This document shows, piece by piece, positions 8,914 to 19,232 of a DNA stretch of 64,000 nucleotides. Both the position numbers and the translations under genes were made by a program. This DNA is from a virus. The stretch covers positions 32,001 through 96,000 of the IMG/VR virus record IMGVR_UViG_3300012944_000001; one strand, written 5' to 3'. The notes beneath the pieces are model-generated. The model was not told the origin of the DNA. It was given only the letters and a program-made list of their open reading frames with translations, and made no database searches. Each line of letters starts with the position of its first letter. Position 1 is the stretch's first letter.

Positions 8914-9885
8914 CTAGAACTTGTCTGCACAGACCGGGCCGATACCTTGCTCGATGCTGATCGCCTTGGTAAGCGTACGCCCACAGCAGCAGCATGTCCC
9001 TGTGCGCCGTCCAAAGGCTTTGGCGTTCGCCAGAGACAAGAGCATGTCCGGAGTGATGTTGCGGACTTCACCAGGCGCGTACACGAATTCATGGGTCTTG
9101 GTTGCGGTCTTCATTACGACAGGTTCCGCAAGCTCGGTCAACAGCATGGCATACGGCTTGCCACTCGACTGAGAGATCTTTACTTTCCAGATCTTCTCCC
9201 CGTTGCCGTACATTCCCTCCTTCAGCTCTTCCAGGGAAGGATTGGCGACCTTGATCTCTTCCTGACGCTTACGGTCGATTTCCTTCTTAGCGCCATTGAA
9301 CAAAGGGAGAACACTGTCAATAAGCTTTGAAGCGCTGCTTTTGGTGTATTTTCCCTTTTCCAATTGCTCATTGAAAGCATCAAGCATTCCCATGCCGAAT
9401 GCCTCATCAATTGTGGTGTAGATTACGCGCAGGAAATCAACCTGCTTTTCGGCAATCTCATTCACAAGTTTTCCCTTTCCATATCCCATGGAATTCCCAT
9501 CCGTATTCCTACGCTGAGAATCGGGGTTATTCGTGATAACCGTAGTGGCGTAATTGCGGGTAGCCAATGCGGCACGGTAAAGGGCAATTCGAGAAGCGCT
9601 GTTCTCTTCACCCTTCTCATAGTCCCTTACCACGTCTTCCAGCATTGCCCACTGCTCACCGGTACGCCGCATGCTGATGAACGTCTTCTGCGCTTCCGTC
9701 CACGTACCCTCTGTGTCCTCCACCCGGGCTACGCGGGCACAAGACTTGCACAGCCTGTCGGCAGGCACACGCTCACCCATGAGAGCGACACGACCACACA
9801 GGGAGGAAACACCAGCACTCAGGGCAAGGTGTGTGACCTGCCCGCCCTTACGCGTTACCCGAACCATCTCGGCTACCGTGATCAT
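8914..9885 (-). CDS. DUF6011-like Zn-ribbon C-terminal protein
   Basis: C-terminal CCCCGRTLT...SIEQGIGPVC matches the DUF6011 pattern; GGGAGG RBS before ATG 9885. Confidence 0.75.
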   Translation of the reverse strand: MITVAEMVRVTRKGGQVTHLALSAGVSSLCGRVALMGERVPADRLCKSCARVARVEDTEGTWTEAQKTFISMRRTGEQWAMLEDVVRDYEKGEENSASRIALYRAALATRNYATTVITNNPDSQRRNTDGNSMGYGKGKLVNEIAEKQVDFLRVIYTTIDEAFGMGMLDAFNEQLEKGKYTKSSASKLIDSVLPLFNGAKKEIDRKRQEEIKVANPSLEELKEGMYGNGEKIWKVKISQSSGKPYAMLLTELAEPVVMKTATKTHEFVYAPGEVRNITPDMLLSLANAKAFGRRTGTCCCCGRTLTKAISIEQGIGPVCADKF

Positions 9886-10069
9886 GATGTGTGCCTCCCT
9901 GTGAACTACTGACACTCAGACACTTCCTTAGGAGGGTGCCGGTGTCAAGACCCTAGAACAGTAAAGCTTGAGCAAAGCCTATCTAGCATGATCGAAAGCT
10001 CTGTGTGGCGTTGTAAGAGCCTTGCAGAGGAGGGGTGGACCAAGTGCCCACCCCATACCTCGCAGCCTC

Positions 10070-11107
10070 TCAGACGTCGCACACATCAATCACACGGATG
10101 ATGCTCGCCCAACCGTCTCGCGGCATACCGGAACCGTTGCGCACCCCGTACATGTTGGCGATTACTTCTGCGTTCGCAGCATTGGCTGCCGACACCGTGA
10201 ATTTGTGCCAACCGAGATCAACCGCTGCACCCGTGGACTCATCCACAACGATTTCCAACAGGTATTCCTGGGTCACCCACTGCACGCTGTTTTCCTCGGC
10301 GTACCGGGCCATTGCGGTGCAGAAACCACACACATGCCCCTCTGACGTGTTCTCAGGGGTCATGCTCATGTCTCCGTGGACTCCGCACCGAACGCACTTC
10401 TGGGGATCAAGAGGAGCATTCTGCTCAAGGGAGAACACTTCCCCCTTCACCACTCGCAGGAGCCTGTCACCCATCTTGCCCTCAGGGATCGAAAGGCACG
10501 GCATGATACGAACCATGCTGTTCGAGTTTTCCAGAATGGCCTCATACCACTCGGGAGTTCCCTCACTGGCGTAATCGCTCGACACATCACCCATTTCCAT
10601 AATGAGGATTTCGGCGACCGATTCGAAATTCATGCACAGCACGTCACCCGCACTCTGCCCGTAACGCTTCATTTCCCGCTGAATGTCACGGCAACCAGGG
10701 GTGTGGTAGTGGGTGATTCCCGCCATACCCGTCCCGTTCTGAATGACTCCGACCACGGAGACACTCAAGGCTTCCTCGGCCGCGTACTGGGCTGTCAGGA
10801 CTTCAGAGAGCGTCACCACACCCTCACGGATGTAAGCGTCTTCCAGGGCCTGAAACTCACTCAGACGCATGGTGTGTGCATCCTTGTCCGCCGTGATCTT
10901 GTTCGCTTCCGTGATGACACTCGCCGCTGTGTAGGTGAAGACGATCTTGCCCGTCTTCTGGGTGACGATCTCTACCGTGTCACCCATGCACAGCTCATCC
11001 GCGCTCTTGGCGAAGAGTTCGGCCGCCTCAACCGCGCGTCCCTTGTTCGTGTAGGTCTTGTCCTGTGTGATCCCGTTGAGCTTGATCATGTATACCGTTG
11101 CGGCCAT
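10070..11107 (-). CDS. Hypothetical protein with HYH..GC and CxxC...CxxC motifs
   Basis: AAGGAG RBS; long ORF. Confidence 0.75.
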   Translation of the reverse strand: MAATVYMIKLNGITQDKTYTNKGRAVEAAELFAKSADELCMGDTVEIVTQKTGKIVFTYTAASVITEANKITADKDAHTMRLSEFQALEDAYIREGVVTLSEVLTAQYAAEEALSVSVVGVIQNGTGMAGITHYHTPGCRDIQREMKRYGQSAGDVLCMNFESVAEILIMEMGDVSSDYASEGTPEWYEAILENSNSMVRIMPCLSIPEGKMGDRLLRVVKGEVFSLEQNAPLDPQKCVRCGVHGDMSMTPENTSEGHVCGFCTAMARYAEENSVQWVTQEYLLEIVVDESTGAAVDLGWHKFTVSAANAANAEVIANMYGVRNGSGMPRDGWASIIRVIDVCDV

Positions 11108-11201
11108 TTCGATCACTCCTTTTGTGGGTCAAGCCTTGCAGGGTAACCATACCCCCATAGCCACGCTCGCAAACTCACGAGGATGACTAAACAGGTAAGG
11201 G

Positions 11202-11489
11202 TCAGACTGCGCAGCCTACGAACAGCGCGTAAGCCATGTTCTCAAGGTTCCTGTAGTCGTAGGTCATCCATGCGTTCATGTTCCTACGTGCCATGGCGTC
11301 CATGGTGGCTGCTGCGCGCTCAACGATCCAGGAGCGCTCAGTCTCGGTCACCTCACACATGAACTGTCCCTGGTACTCCACGCCGTTCATCAGCCGCTCA
11401 CGCAAGCCTGACAGCGTCCGTGAAGGAAGCAGGATGGACATGTCCACCACGTACTGACGCTGTTCCCTGTTGATCTCAATCAGGATCAT
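11202..11489 (-). CDS. Hypothetical protein, first gene of the minus-strand arm
   Basis: ORF track; RBS; upstream TTGACA at 11548-11553. Confidence 0.7.
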   Translation of the reverse strand: MILIEINREQRQYVVDMSILLPSRTLSGLRERLMNGVEYQGQFMCEVTETERSWIVERAAATMDAMARRNMNAWMTYDYRNLENMAYALFVGCAV

Positions 11490-11559
11490 GATCCCTGCCT
11501 CTCATCGGTACTGCCTACTAACCACATCCTCCCATACACAGTCCCCCTGTCAAGGTCCC

Positions 11560-12630
11560 CTACAGGTAAAGGCTCCCTAAAGGATTTCGCGGCGAACCAT
11601 AGAAATTTTCATATGTCAATACCTACTCCCACGTATAGTAGAGAAACCCCTACACACCCTTCTAAGAACCTCTCAGCACTCTCTAGGTCTCCTCATACCA
11701 ACCCTCACCTACCAGGCCCTTACAGACGATTTTCACTCACTGTAGGGACTAGACCAATAGACCACAGAGTCTAGACCACTATTGGTATATCCTCTGACCT
11801 GGTGTGGTTCACTGTAGATGCATATGCATATCCCTTAGACCCACAAACCATACCCTAGGTACTCTATGTCTTTCTCTGTACCTTATGTCCAATATAAAGA
11901 TACTCTCTGTTACTAGACAACAGTAGACAGGTACATATCATAGTTAATCAGGATATATCCTAGTACATGGGTAACTAAGAGATTAGTCAATACATACCAT
12001 TACCAATAGGGATAACATAGGTAACTTAGGGAAAAGGCATAATATAGCCTCACATGAGTAACATACGGGATATAGAAGATATACCATTACTAGGCACTAC
12101 AAATACCCATATATCCCCCAATTTCCACTCGTATCTATCCATTCTTATCTAAAATAGTCTTTTATAGTCCATTACATCGCATTTCAGCGCACAATAGCCT
12201 ATTAGACCCATACCAGACTAATATACTCATATCTCGCACACCTCTCATACCTAATATATCCTCTAATATGCTCTCATTCTGGTTCTTTATATCATGTATG
12301 GTGTCAATACACCCTTATAGAGCATACTTCTCCTATAGGAAAAGAAGGCATAAAGTGCATTTCTCATATCATATGTGACGTTAGGAACATATCTTCTATA
12401 TCAGGTATAAAGGACATCTCAGCGCATAGTACACATAGAGTATATGAGGGGCAAAACGGACATTCAGGGTAGAAATAGCCTATATGGGGAGGGGGTACCT
12501 TTAAAACGGACATATGGGGATATAGTGGGCCTAGTTTTCCGATTATGATTTCATGTTTATGCGGGGTACAGTATCTAAAAATTACTAACAGTATCGAGTA
12601 TTGCGATAAAGTATCTTATTTGATATACTC
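11560..12630. other. ~1.1-kb ORF-free divergence region (candidate genome-end junction or replication origin)
   Basis: No ORF in the track; G-poor + strand; strand switch of flanking genes; AAAACGGACAT direct repeat at 12453 and 12503. Confidence 0.5.
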
Positions 12631-12635
12631 TCTGT

Positions 12636-13040
12636 ATGAATCATGAACTAAGAAACTATAGTAAGAAGACTTTAAAAGGGTATTGTCTTACCTGTAATGG
12701 AATAGTAGATATAAAGAATAGAGGAAAAGAATATCTATGCTTTCGCACACCTGAGTATGCAATTCCACAAATACCTAAGAAAGAACCTAAACCTAAAAAG
12801 AAATATGTATATGACCAGACATATAAACATGGGCTAAAAAGAAGCGAAGCGGATGCTATGAAAGCTATTAATCCTTGTGCTATATGTGGAGAAACAGATA
12901 TATCTAAGTTATGTATTGATCATTGTCATAAAACTTTGATTATTAGAGGAGTGCTATGTAATGACTGTAATTTAGGTATAGGTAGATTTAAGGATAATCC
13001 AGATCTTTTGGTGGCTGCCGCTAAATACCTTAAGGGATAA
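12636..13040 (+). CDS. Endonuclease VII-family His-Me nuclease
   Basis: CAICG...IDHCH....RGVLCNDCNLGIG.FKDNPDLL..A..YL signature. Confidence 0.9.
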   Translation: MNHELRNYSKKTLKGYCLTCNGIVDIKNRGKEYLCFRTPEYAIPQIPKKEPKPKKKYVYDQTYKHGLKRSEADAMKAINPCAICGETDISKLCIDHCHKTLIIRGVLCNDCNLGIGRFKDNPDLLVAAAKYLKG

Positions 13041-13043
13041 AAG

Positions 13044-13229
13044 ATGTGTATAAACTGTTCTGAGTATGAGTATTCAAGGAATTGTGGTCCTGATTGTACA
13101 GATCATAATTGGGTATTGGAAACGGCTTTCTCTGATGAAGAGGGTTGGTACTATAGTTGTTCTATATGTAATAACGGTAAATGGGTACTACCAGGCCAGA
13201 CAGCTCTTGACGCGCCAAATTGGGACTGA
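13044..13229 (+). CDS. Small Cys-rich protein
   Basis: AAGGGA RBS; several CxxC motifs. Confidence 0.6.
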   Translation: MCINCSEYEYSRNCGPDCTDHNWVLETAFSDEEGWYYSCSICNNGKWVLPGQTALDAPNWD

Positions 13230-13448
13230 TAGAGTACCTATATGGTAATCTGCGATAGGGATCTATAATGGTCGATAAGATAAAGAAGAACTACCTGGAG
13301 CCATATGATACTAAAGAACAAGCATTAGCTGCTCTGGAAAGATTCTCTAAAGATATTAAAAGGATGCGCTTTATAGGAAGAGGTATTACTTTGACAGTAG
13401 AGAAATATCAGAAGCGTTGGTGGATAGTAGCTATTGACCGTAGATAAC

Positions 13449-13491
13449 AAAGAAATCCCCGATCTCGTTTATAGAGAAAGGGGATTTCTTT
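13449..13491. terminator. Bidirectional terminator between convergent gene blocks
   Basis: AAAGAAATCCCC/GGGGATTTCTTT inverted repeat at the convergence point. Confidence 0.7.
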
Positions 13492-14052
13492 ACTTACTAT
13501 ATGGACATTCAGGGTTGGGACAACTGTCTCCGCTGGATATACCACCACATCTACATGTATAAGGCATAATTATTACTTGGCTTTCTTGTAGTTGGGACAT
13601 TCAGAATTAGGGCAGTTACCTCCACTGCTCTGGGCACGGCATTTTGGACATACATATTCTTCTTTTGGTTTAGGCACAATAGTTCTCCTTTTTATTAGTT
13701 ATGCTTTGCCCATGCTATTACTTCTTCTCTGGTATTCGCTGAGAACATATTAAGTCCTCTTCGTTCAGCAACCCATTTTTCATCTACTAATTTTATAACA
13801 TAGTCATTTACTTTTTCATACTTCACAGGTTAGCCTTTCTTTGGTTCTGATGCGGGTACAGGCTTTCTGGGAAGATCTGCTGGCGGAAGTATTGGTCTGT
13901 TGATTAGCATTATCGATTATTCCTCTGCTCTTTATGGTTATAGAACTTACATAGACATTTAACTTTATCCGGGCCGAACTTAGAAGTACATTTCTTATGG
14001 TCTTTCCTCATACAGGCTGGACATATTCCCATACTGTCCCGGGAGTTTTCCC

Positions 14053-14673
14053 TTACCATCTATAGACTCCCTCCGAAGTATAGCTTTCCGTAATAATAGG
14101 TTCCATAGAGCCTAATTGAAATTCTCCCAGAAGGCGCTGAGGATCCTTCTTATGGCCTCGCAGGTATGCGTAGGTCTCCTTGTTCCATAGAGCATCTGCT
14201 AGAGCGTTGTGGGCCCCTTCAGACTGCTCTGGGACCCTAGGATTTCCCATACTTACCATCAGACTCTTCAAGTCATTGGTATACATGGGAATTCCATGAG
14301 GAAGATCAATCATTCGCCCGAAAAGCTGACAGAGTGCAACATGGTCATAGGCTGAATAGTAAGCCCACAATTCGGGATTAGTAGTACCTATAATGAATTT
14401 TCTTACTTCCTCGGCAATAGTTTCTTTAGATTTTATAGCCGAGTAATCTGGGTGCTTTGTGTTGTAACCTAAAGTACCTTCTTCATTGATTGAATAAGGA
14501 AGATACTTGAGAACATTTTTTAACAGCCAAGGATTGGTGCTGGCATCGAATATTACTGAATAGTCATCTACAACAGCGTAATACTTCTTACCGTCTTCTC
14601 GGACCATTCCTATACTGATGAGACGAATAGTCTCTCCATTTTCCAGAAATTCAGTATCATAAAATATTTTGAT
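14053..14673 (-). CDS. Rv2179c/RNase AS-like DEDDh 3'-5' exoribonuclease, apparent ATC start
   Basis: Frame extends upstream of ATG 14607 to IKIFYDTEFLENG (ExoI motif); also YSAYDHV..CQLFG.M and HNALADA; AAGGAG lies 7 nt before ATC at 14673. Confidence 0.85.
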   Translation of the reverse strand: MKIFYDTEFLENGETIRLISIGMVREDGKKYYAVVDDYSVIFDASTNPWLLKNVLKYLPYSINEEGTLGYNTKHPDYSAIKSKETIAEEVRKFIIGTTNPELWAYYSAYDHVALCQLFGRMIDLPHGIPMYTNDLKSLMVSMGNPRVPEQSEGAHNALADALWNKETYAYLRGHKKDPQRLLGEFQLGSMEPIITESYTSEGVYRW

Positions 14674-15181
14674 GGTATTTCTCCTTATAGTTCTTTATTC
14701 TTCTTATATAGTTCGTTGGCATTCTTATCGGAAAGAATAAAAGTATGCCTTTTGTCATAGAGATACCATTTTCTTTTCCTGCGGTTGAATTTCATATAAC
14801 TGCCGTTCTCCATAGGGATACATTCTCCCCATAGTTGTCCCTTTTTAAAGAAAACCATCAATACTTCTTTCTATATTCCTGTATAACCTCTGTAGTTACC
14901 GATATTCCATGATCTGCCAAGATATATACCAAGTCTTCCGGAGAAATATTTCTATTATCTGTGTAATTAAGGGGTACTTCCAGACTCCATAGAAGATACT
15001 TAAGCATTCTGGCAGTTTTAGCTACTAATTTCATTACCTCCCTCGGAATTTCTTAAGATTTTCCTTATTCTTATTAGAAGTAATAAGATTTCCCTTTTTA
15101 TCATAGAGATACCATCGTTTAGTTACCGTATAAAAACGGATATACCTACCGCCAGAAAGTACTTCTGGATCTCCCCAATCC

Positions 15182-15709
15182 TTATCTTCCACTGATTTCC
15201 TCTTTCCATTCCCGTATTATTTCGAAATGCCCGTCTTCCAGGCCGAATTTAGGACTGACCAACATAGTTGCGCTTCCTGGAGCACAATTCTCTTCAACCC
15301 AGGCTCTGTCTCTTCTGGTTACCTCATCATCAATCCACAGAAAGGGAATTCCTGGACGGTTTTCATTCATCCAGGCTACTAATTTCTGAGTTTTCCAATG
15401 AAGTCTCTCTGTATCCCAGAGATCTCGGTCTTCCCAAGGAATATGTGGGAGTACCGGTAAACCTATATGTGGTCCGATCCAGTCATTCGCTTCTTCCTCC
15501 CAAGCAGTAGCCCATATCAACTCACAACCTATCTCCATTAGGCGGAAGCCATCAGTGGCTCTCAGACGGATTTTCATAGGGTTACCTGTCTCCCAACCCC
15601 TAGGACGGCTGCTGTGCTCTACAAACCCCGCTGGAAGCCCTTTAGGAGCACTCCAAGGGTTCAGTGGCCCGTCAACATCCAGGAGTAGTATCGGTTTCGA
15701 CACGCTCAA
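15182..15709 (-). CDS. HAD-superfamily phosphatase (HAD_SAK, RNA-repair type)
   Basis: LLLDVDGPLN (DxD), WATAW, conserved K, WIDDE motifs. Confidence 0.85.
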   Translation of the reverse strand: MSVSKPILLLDVDGPLNPWSAPKGLPAGFVEHSSRPRGWETGNPMKIRLRATDGFRLMEIGCELIWATAWEEEANDWIGPHIGLPVLPHIPWEDRDLWDTERLHWKTQKLVAWMNENRPGIPFLWIDDEVTRRDRAWVEENCAPGSATMLVSPKFGLEDGHFEIIREWKEEISGR

Positions 15710-15842
15710 TCATCCTTTGCATTTACTTTATCCAATCAATCCGACCAAAACGCCAGATGCGGGAGCTGTGCTTGCATGAATTCCAGACCCATGTGACAGT
15801 CCCGCATCTATGGCAATACCATTGAAATCTATTCCACATATT

Positions 15843-16031
15843 TTACTTAATAAGTCTCGTTGGTACTTCTGCATGAGCTAACCAGCGAGCACATTCCTGT
15901 TTGGTGAGACCTAAATATTCATATAGAGGAATACCCGTCTTACCTAAAGAAGACCACTCTTGTGTTTGCGCTGTCAGAAGATTTTTGGCTCTCTTTTTAC
16001 TATCTCCTGCTCCAGGTTTAAAAAGACCCAT
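15843..16031 (-). CDS. Small hypothetical protein
   Basis: AAAGGA RBS; LYEYLGLT..E...W motif shared with 29802..30038. Confidence 0.65.
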   Translation of the reverse strand: MGLFKPGAGDSKKRAKNLLTAQTQEWSSLGKTGIPLYEYLGLTKQECARWLAHAEVPTRLIK

Positions 16032-16425
16032 ATTTAATCCTTTCCTCATTACACCAGGCATGTAGTGCTACTACATTTCTTTTGTGGATAATCATTTCTA
16101 CATATTGATAATCTTTGTGTTCTTGGGTAATAGTCAAATTACAGTACATGCAACGATAACCTTCTGGAATATTGATTCCTATTTCCAGTTTCTTTTTCCA
16201 GTCCAGAGGATACAGCGTATCGCTCTTAAGGTTATTACACGTCTTATGTGTTAACTGGATATTGGATCTTTCATTACCTCCACCAGAAGCCCGAGGAACG
16301 ATATGGTCACGGGACGCATCAATCAATTCCACGTACTTACCGCATAAGGCACAGATACCCTCATAGTCAGCATGTATCTTTACCAGCGGTTTGGAGTAAT
16401 AAGAACTTTGATTTTTGTGTCCCAT
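16018..16425 (-). CDS. HNH endonuclease
   Basis: CALCG...SRDHIVPRASGG.N..SNIQLTHKTCNNLK. Confidence 0.9.
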   Translation of the reverse strand: MGHKNQSSYYSKPLVKIHADYEGICALCGKYVELIDASRDHIVPRASGGGNERSNIQLTHKTCNNLKSDTLYPLDWKKKLEIGINIPEGYRCMYCNLTITQEHKDYQYVEMIIHKRNVVALHAWCNEERIKYGSF

Positions 16426-16434
16426 GATGACCTC

Positions 16435-16692
16435 TTACTTGTTTTTTACCGCCTCTAGATATTGGCTAAAAGTTTTTCTATAGAGAAACTGTCTCATTGC
16501 TTGCCAGCACTTAGGACCAAGCTCATGTTCCTTTGGATGACCAGTCAGTAGACACGGACCTATCTCTTTGATATCCTCTACACTCTTGTAGTTCATATAT
16601 TTGACTTTCTGTTCTTTGTTGAACCCCCACCGTTCTCCCTTATAGAGAACTCTAGCAGAATCTGTACCCCCTTGGCAACCAGAGACCTGCAC
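16435..16692 (-). CDS. Hypothetical protein (start probably ATG near 16596)
   Basis: ORF track; co-oriented. Confidence 0.45.
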   Translation of the reverse strand: MQVSGCQGGTDSARVLYKGERWGFNKEQKVKYMNYKSVEDIKEIGPCLLTGHPKEHELGPKCWQAMRQFLYRKTFSQYLEAVKNK

Positions 16693-16791
16693 TTGATTAA
16701 CCAGACGAAGTTTGGTAGTATGTGGTATGTCGAAGCATTACCTAGAAAAAGCATAAATATAAAGTCTTCCAAAGAAACATATTATAGACAC

Positions 16792-16820
16792 TTGACAGTC
16801 TGTGGTACCTTCTGTATACT
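16792..16820 (+). promoter_or_regulatory. Sigma70/HrdB-type promoter at the start of the tRNA region
   Basis: TTGACA-17 nt-TATACT. Confidence 0.7.
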
Positions 16821-16899
16821 TTCTTTTATAACAAAGATACTAGAACATACATATATGTTTCTTCTATGTATCTATATATTCTATTTATAGGAGAAATAT

Positions 16900-17076
16900 A
16901 TGGAAGGCATTAAAAAGACTAAGCTGTCCAGAAGTGTTCGTCTGGAAAAAGATACTTTAGACGAACTGAAAAGATTAGCAGAGGAAATGAATATAGGTAT
17001 TACTGTTTATATAAGAAGAGTATTAGAAGCAGTAGTAGAAAATTCTAAGAATCCAGAGATACTAGAGGCAGTTTAA
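16900..17076 (+). CDS. Ribbon-helix-helix (CopG/Arc-like) DNA-binding protein, 58 aa
   Basis: MEGIKKTKLSRSVRLEKDTLDELKRLAEEMNIGITVYIRRVLE; AGGAG RBS; below the ORF-track cutoff. Confidence 0.75.
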   Translation: MEGIKKTKLSRSVRLEKDTLDELKRLAEEMNIGITVYIRRVLEAVVENSKNPEILEAV

Positions 17077-17077
17077 T

Positions 17078-17287
17078 ATGAAGGATTCTCTGGAAGAAGT
17101 TCTTTACACTTCTATTTATAATCATTTGATAAAAGAAATAAAAATAGAAGAAGAGTATGAAAAAAGATTTGTAGATGCTTTGGTAAAAACAGCCACAGAA
17201 GGTGTACAAGAGTATGTAAGGGACCTGGAAGAAGCAGTATCACATCTTCAAGAAACAGTCAAGAGGTTAAGTCATGTTGACTCTTGA
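17078..17287 (+). CDS. Hypothetical coiled-coil protein
   Basis: ORF track; RBS. Confidence 0.65.
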   Translation: MKDSLEEVLYTSIYNHLIKEIKIEEEYEKRFVDALVKTATEGVQEYVRDLEEAVSHLQETVKRLSHVDS

Positions 17288-17492
17288 GGAAAAACTTGCT
17301 AGGTTCTTGGCAGTAGCTGTTTGGCAACTTGGGGGTAGCCTACAGATTTCTAAAGAACTCATTGACAGCATGGTACCGGTTAGACTAGTATTAGACGAAA
17401 CATCAGAAACTGATCAAGTAACTTTGGCAGTTATTAACAATGACGTTATTACTATAGTTATTGACAAAGCTGGTGCAGTAGAGGTACAGTAA
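17274..17492 (+). CDS. Hypothetical protein
   Basis: ORF track; GAGG RBS. Confidence 0.65.
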   Translation: MLTLEEKLARFLAVAVWQLGGSLQISKELIDSMVPVRLVLDETSETDQVTLAVINNDVITIVIDKAGAVEVQ

Positions 17493-17717
17493 TGAGTACT
17501 TACTCAGAACGTAAATGTTGGTTTACTACGTGTCAAGGACAGAAAGCTTTTTGGGTAACCATTAATGGAACTCTAAGACATGTGTGCAAAAAACACTGGA
17601 AAGTATTTTCATCTTCCAAAGAAGATGAAGCTTGACTTTAGGATGGCCGGATGTTACAATGAACTTGCCTCCTTTCAACAGGGAGTATACGGTCCCCTCT
17701 CCCGTATACTCCCACCT

Positions 17718-17789
17718 CGGGTGCGAGGAAGATGGCAATCCGCCTGGTTTGGGACCAGGATAAACTGAGTTCGATTCTCAGGCATCCGA
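17718..17789 (+). tRNA. tRNA-Pro(TGG)
   Basis: Cloverleaf; anticodon arm CCTGG-TTTGGGA-CCAGG; T loop TTCGATT. Confidence 0.85.
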
Positions 17790-17934
17790 CTAGTCATGTA
17801 TTTGCTAACGATAAATAATGGCAAATGTAAGAACCCATGGTAATGGGACGCATGGCAATAATTTGAGTTAGCACAAATGTATACACTCTCAAATATAAAT
17901 AAATATTAGTGCTCAACATTTAATAACTCATTAT

Positions 17935-18008
17935 GCCGTTGTAGCTCAGTCCGGAAGAGCATTCGGTTGAAGCCCGAAGGGTCGTAGGTTCGAATCCTAC
18001 CGGCGGCA
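17935..18008 (+). tRNA. tRNA-Phe(GAA)
   Basis: Canonical cloverleaf; TTCGG-TTGAAGC-CCGAA. Confidence 0.95.
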
Positions 18009-18056
18009 CTATGAGTCTCTGGATACTCATAGAGGAACACAACAAAATCCAGAAAT

Positions 18057-18128
18057 GGCGCAATAGCTCAGAGGAAGAGCATCCGCTTCATACGCGGCAG
18101 GTCGCTGGTTCGAATCCAGCTTGCGCTA
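18057..18128 (+). tRNA. tRNA with CAT anticodon (elongator Met, or lysidine Ile)
   Basis: Cloverleaf; CCGC-TTCATAC-GCGG. Confidence 0.85.
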
Positions 18129-18129
18129 C

Positions 18130-18206
18130 TGCACGGATAGAGAAACGATGTCTCACCAGCCTCATAAGCTGAAAAGTAGTGGGTTTGACTCCCGCCTGTG
18201 CCCCCA
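18130..18206 (+). tRNA. tRNA-Met(CAT), atypical, 1-72 mismatch (possibly initiator-like)
   Basis: CAGC-CTCATAA-GCTG; T loop TTTGACT; encoded CCA; lacks the GGG/CCC initiator anticodon stem. Confidence 0.65.
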
Positions 18207-18278
18207 CTTAACAATGTTAATTTTGACAATGCCCTATCTTGCGTGGTACTCTTCAGTCCTCAACGACTTGGAGGAATT

Positions 18279-18632
18279 ATGGGAGATAGGGCAAACGTTT
18301 ATATTCACGAAGGTGATTCGCCTGGTGTATATTTATATACTCACTGGGATGGTACAGAACTTCCACAGATTGTGCAAAGTTCTCTACTAACAGCTAGAGC
18401 AATATCTAGATCTACAGATATTGCCTATCTAACTAGAATTATCTTTGAAGATATGATAAAGGATGATTTAGGCGGAGAAACGGGATACGGTGTTTCTGCG
18501 GAAGTACAAGATGGGGATGATCGGATAGTAGATATTAATGTAGATTTCCGTAATGGAATCACAACTACTTTAATCGGTTATCCTTATACTTGGGCAGATA
18601 TTCCTGAAGATCCGTTTTCATTTGAAGATTAA
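18279..18632 (+). CDS. Hypothetical phage protein
   Basis: GGAGGA RBS; MGDRANV...VYLYTHWDG motif. Confidence 0.8.
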   Translation: MGDRANVYIHEGDSPGVYLYTHWDGTELPQIVQSSLLTARAISRSTDIAYLTRIIFEDMIKDDLGGETGYGVSAEVQDGDDRIVDINVDFRNGITTTLIGYPYTWADIPEDPFSFED

Positions 18633-18711
18633 GTAAACTATTGACGGGCCTGGGTCCTACACTGTAGGATGGATGAGAGCCAGTGAGTTGAGGGTGGTAC
18701 CTCTTCCTAAT

Positions 18712-18784
18712 GCGATATTAGTGTTTAACGGCAGCACGACAGTCTTCCAAACTGTAAGAGGGAGTTCGAATCTCCTATATCGCT
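18712..18784 (+). tRNA. tRNA-Gly(TCC)
   Basis: ACAGT-CTTCCAA-ACTGT; cloverleaf. Confidence 0.95.
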
Positions 18785-18842
18785 CGTAATGAGGTTCTGC
18801 GGTACGCCTCCTGGTGAAAAACCAGATAAACACCGCCTTTAT

Positions 18843-18913
18843 TCCCCGATGGTGTAACGGTAGCACTACTGCCTCTGGAGCAGTAAGACTTGGTTCGAAT
18901 CCAGGTTGGGGAG
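18843..18913 (+). tRNA. tRNA-Gln(CTG)
   Basis: ACTGC-CTCTGGA-GCAGT. Confidence 0.95.
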
Positions 18914-19161
18914 CGGGCGTAAGTAGGGCAAATAGTAAGCGCACGGATACTAGTCAAGTCGTGTGATAGGGTATGTCCGAAGATTCTAGAGCGTGTAAAT
19001 CGACTCAGAGCGCGCACACCACTTGGTATGTAAGAATGAGGAGCCCCCAGCAATGAATGGTCGATACTGGGAATAGGTGACGCTCATTGATAAACCTCCT
19101 GAAAAATAAAAGGGAGGCCAAAGTTCATATGTCCATTACCATATGACGCATATCAATACTT

Positions 19162-19232
19162 TCCCCCTTGGTGTAATGGCAGCACACGAGCCTTTGGATC
19201 TCGTAGTTTTGGTTCGATCCCAGACGGGGGAG
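19162..19232 (+). tRNA. tRNA-Gln(TTG)
   Basis: CGAGC-CTTTGGA-TCTCG. Confidence 0.9.

Noticed and set aside
20-11146. Long + strand ORFs in the left arm (e.g. 20..673, 9364..9912, 10376..11146)
   Set aside because: They are antisense shadows of minus-strand genes, which have the RBSs and promoters.
12458-13515. GGACATTCAGGGT direct repeat at 12458 and 13503
   Set aside because: The second copy is coding sequence of a minus-strand micropeptide (NPECP), so it is probably chance.
18791-18836. preQ1-I riboswitch
   Set aside because: There is a superficial GAGGTTC...CCTC...A-rich resemblance, but it has an inserted hairpin, lies between tRNAs and has no queuosine gene downstream.
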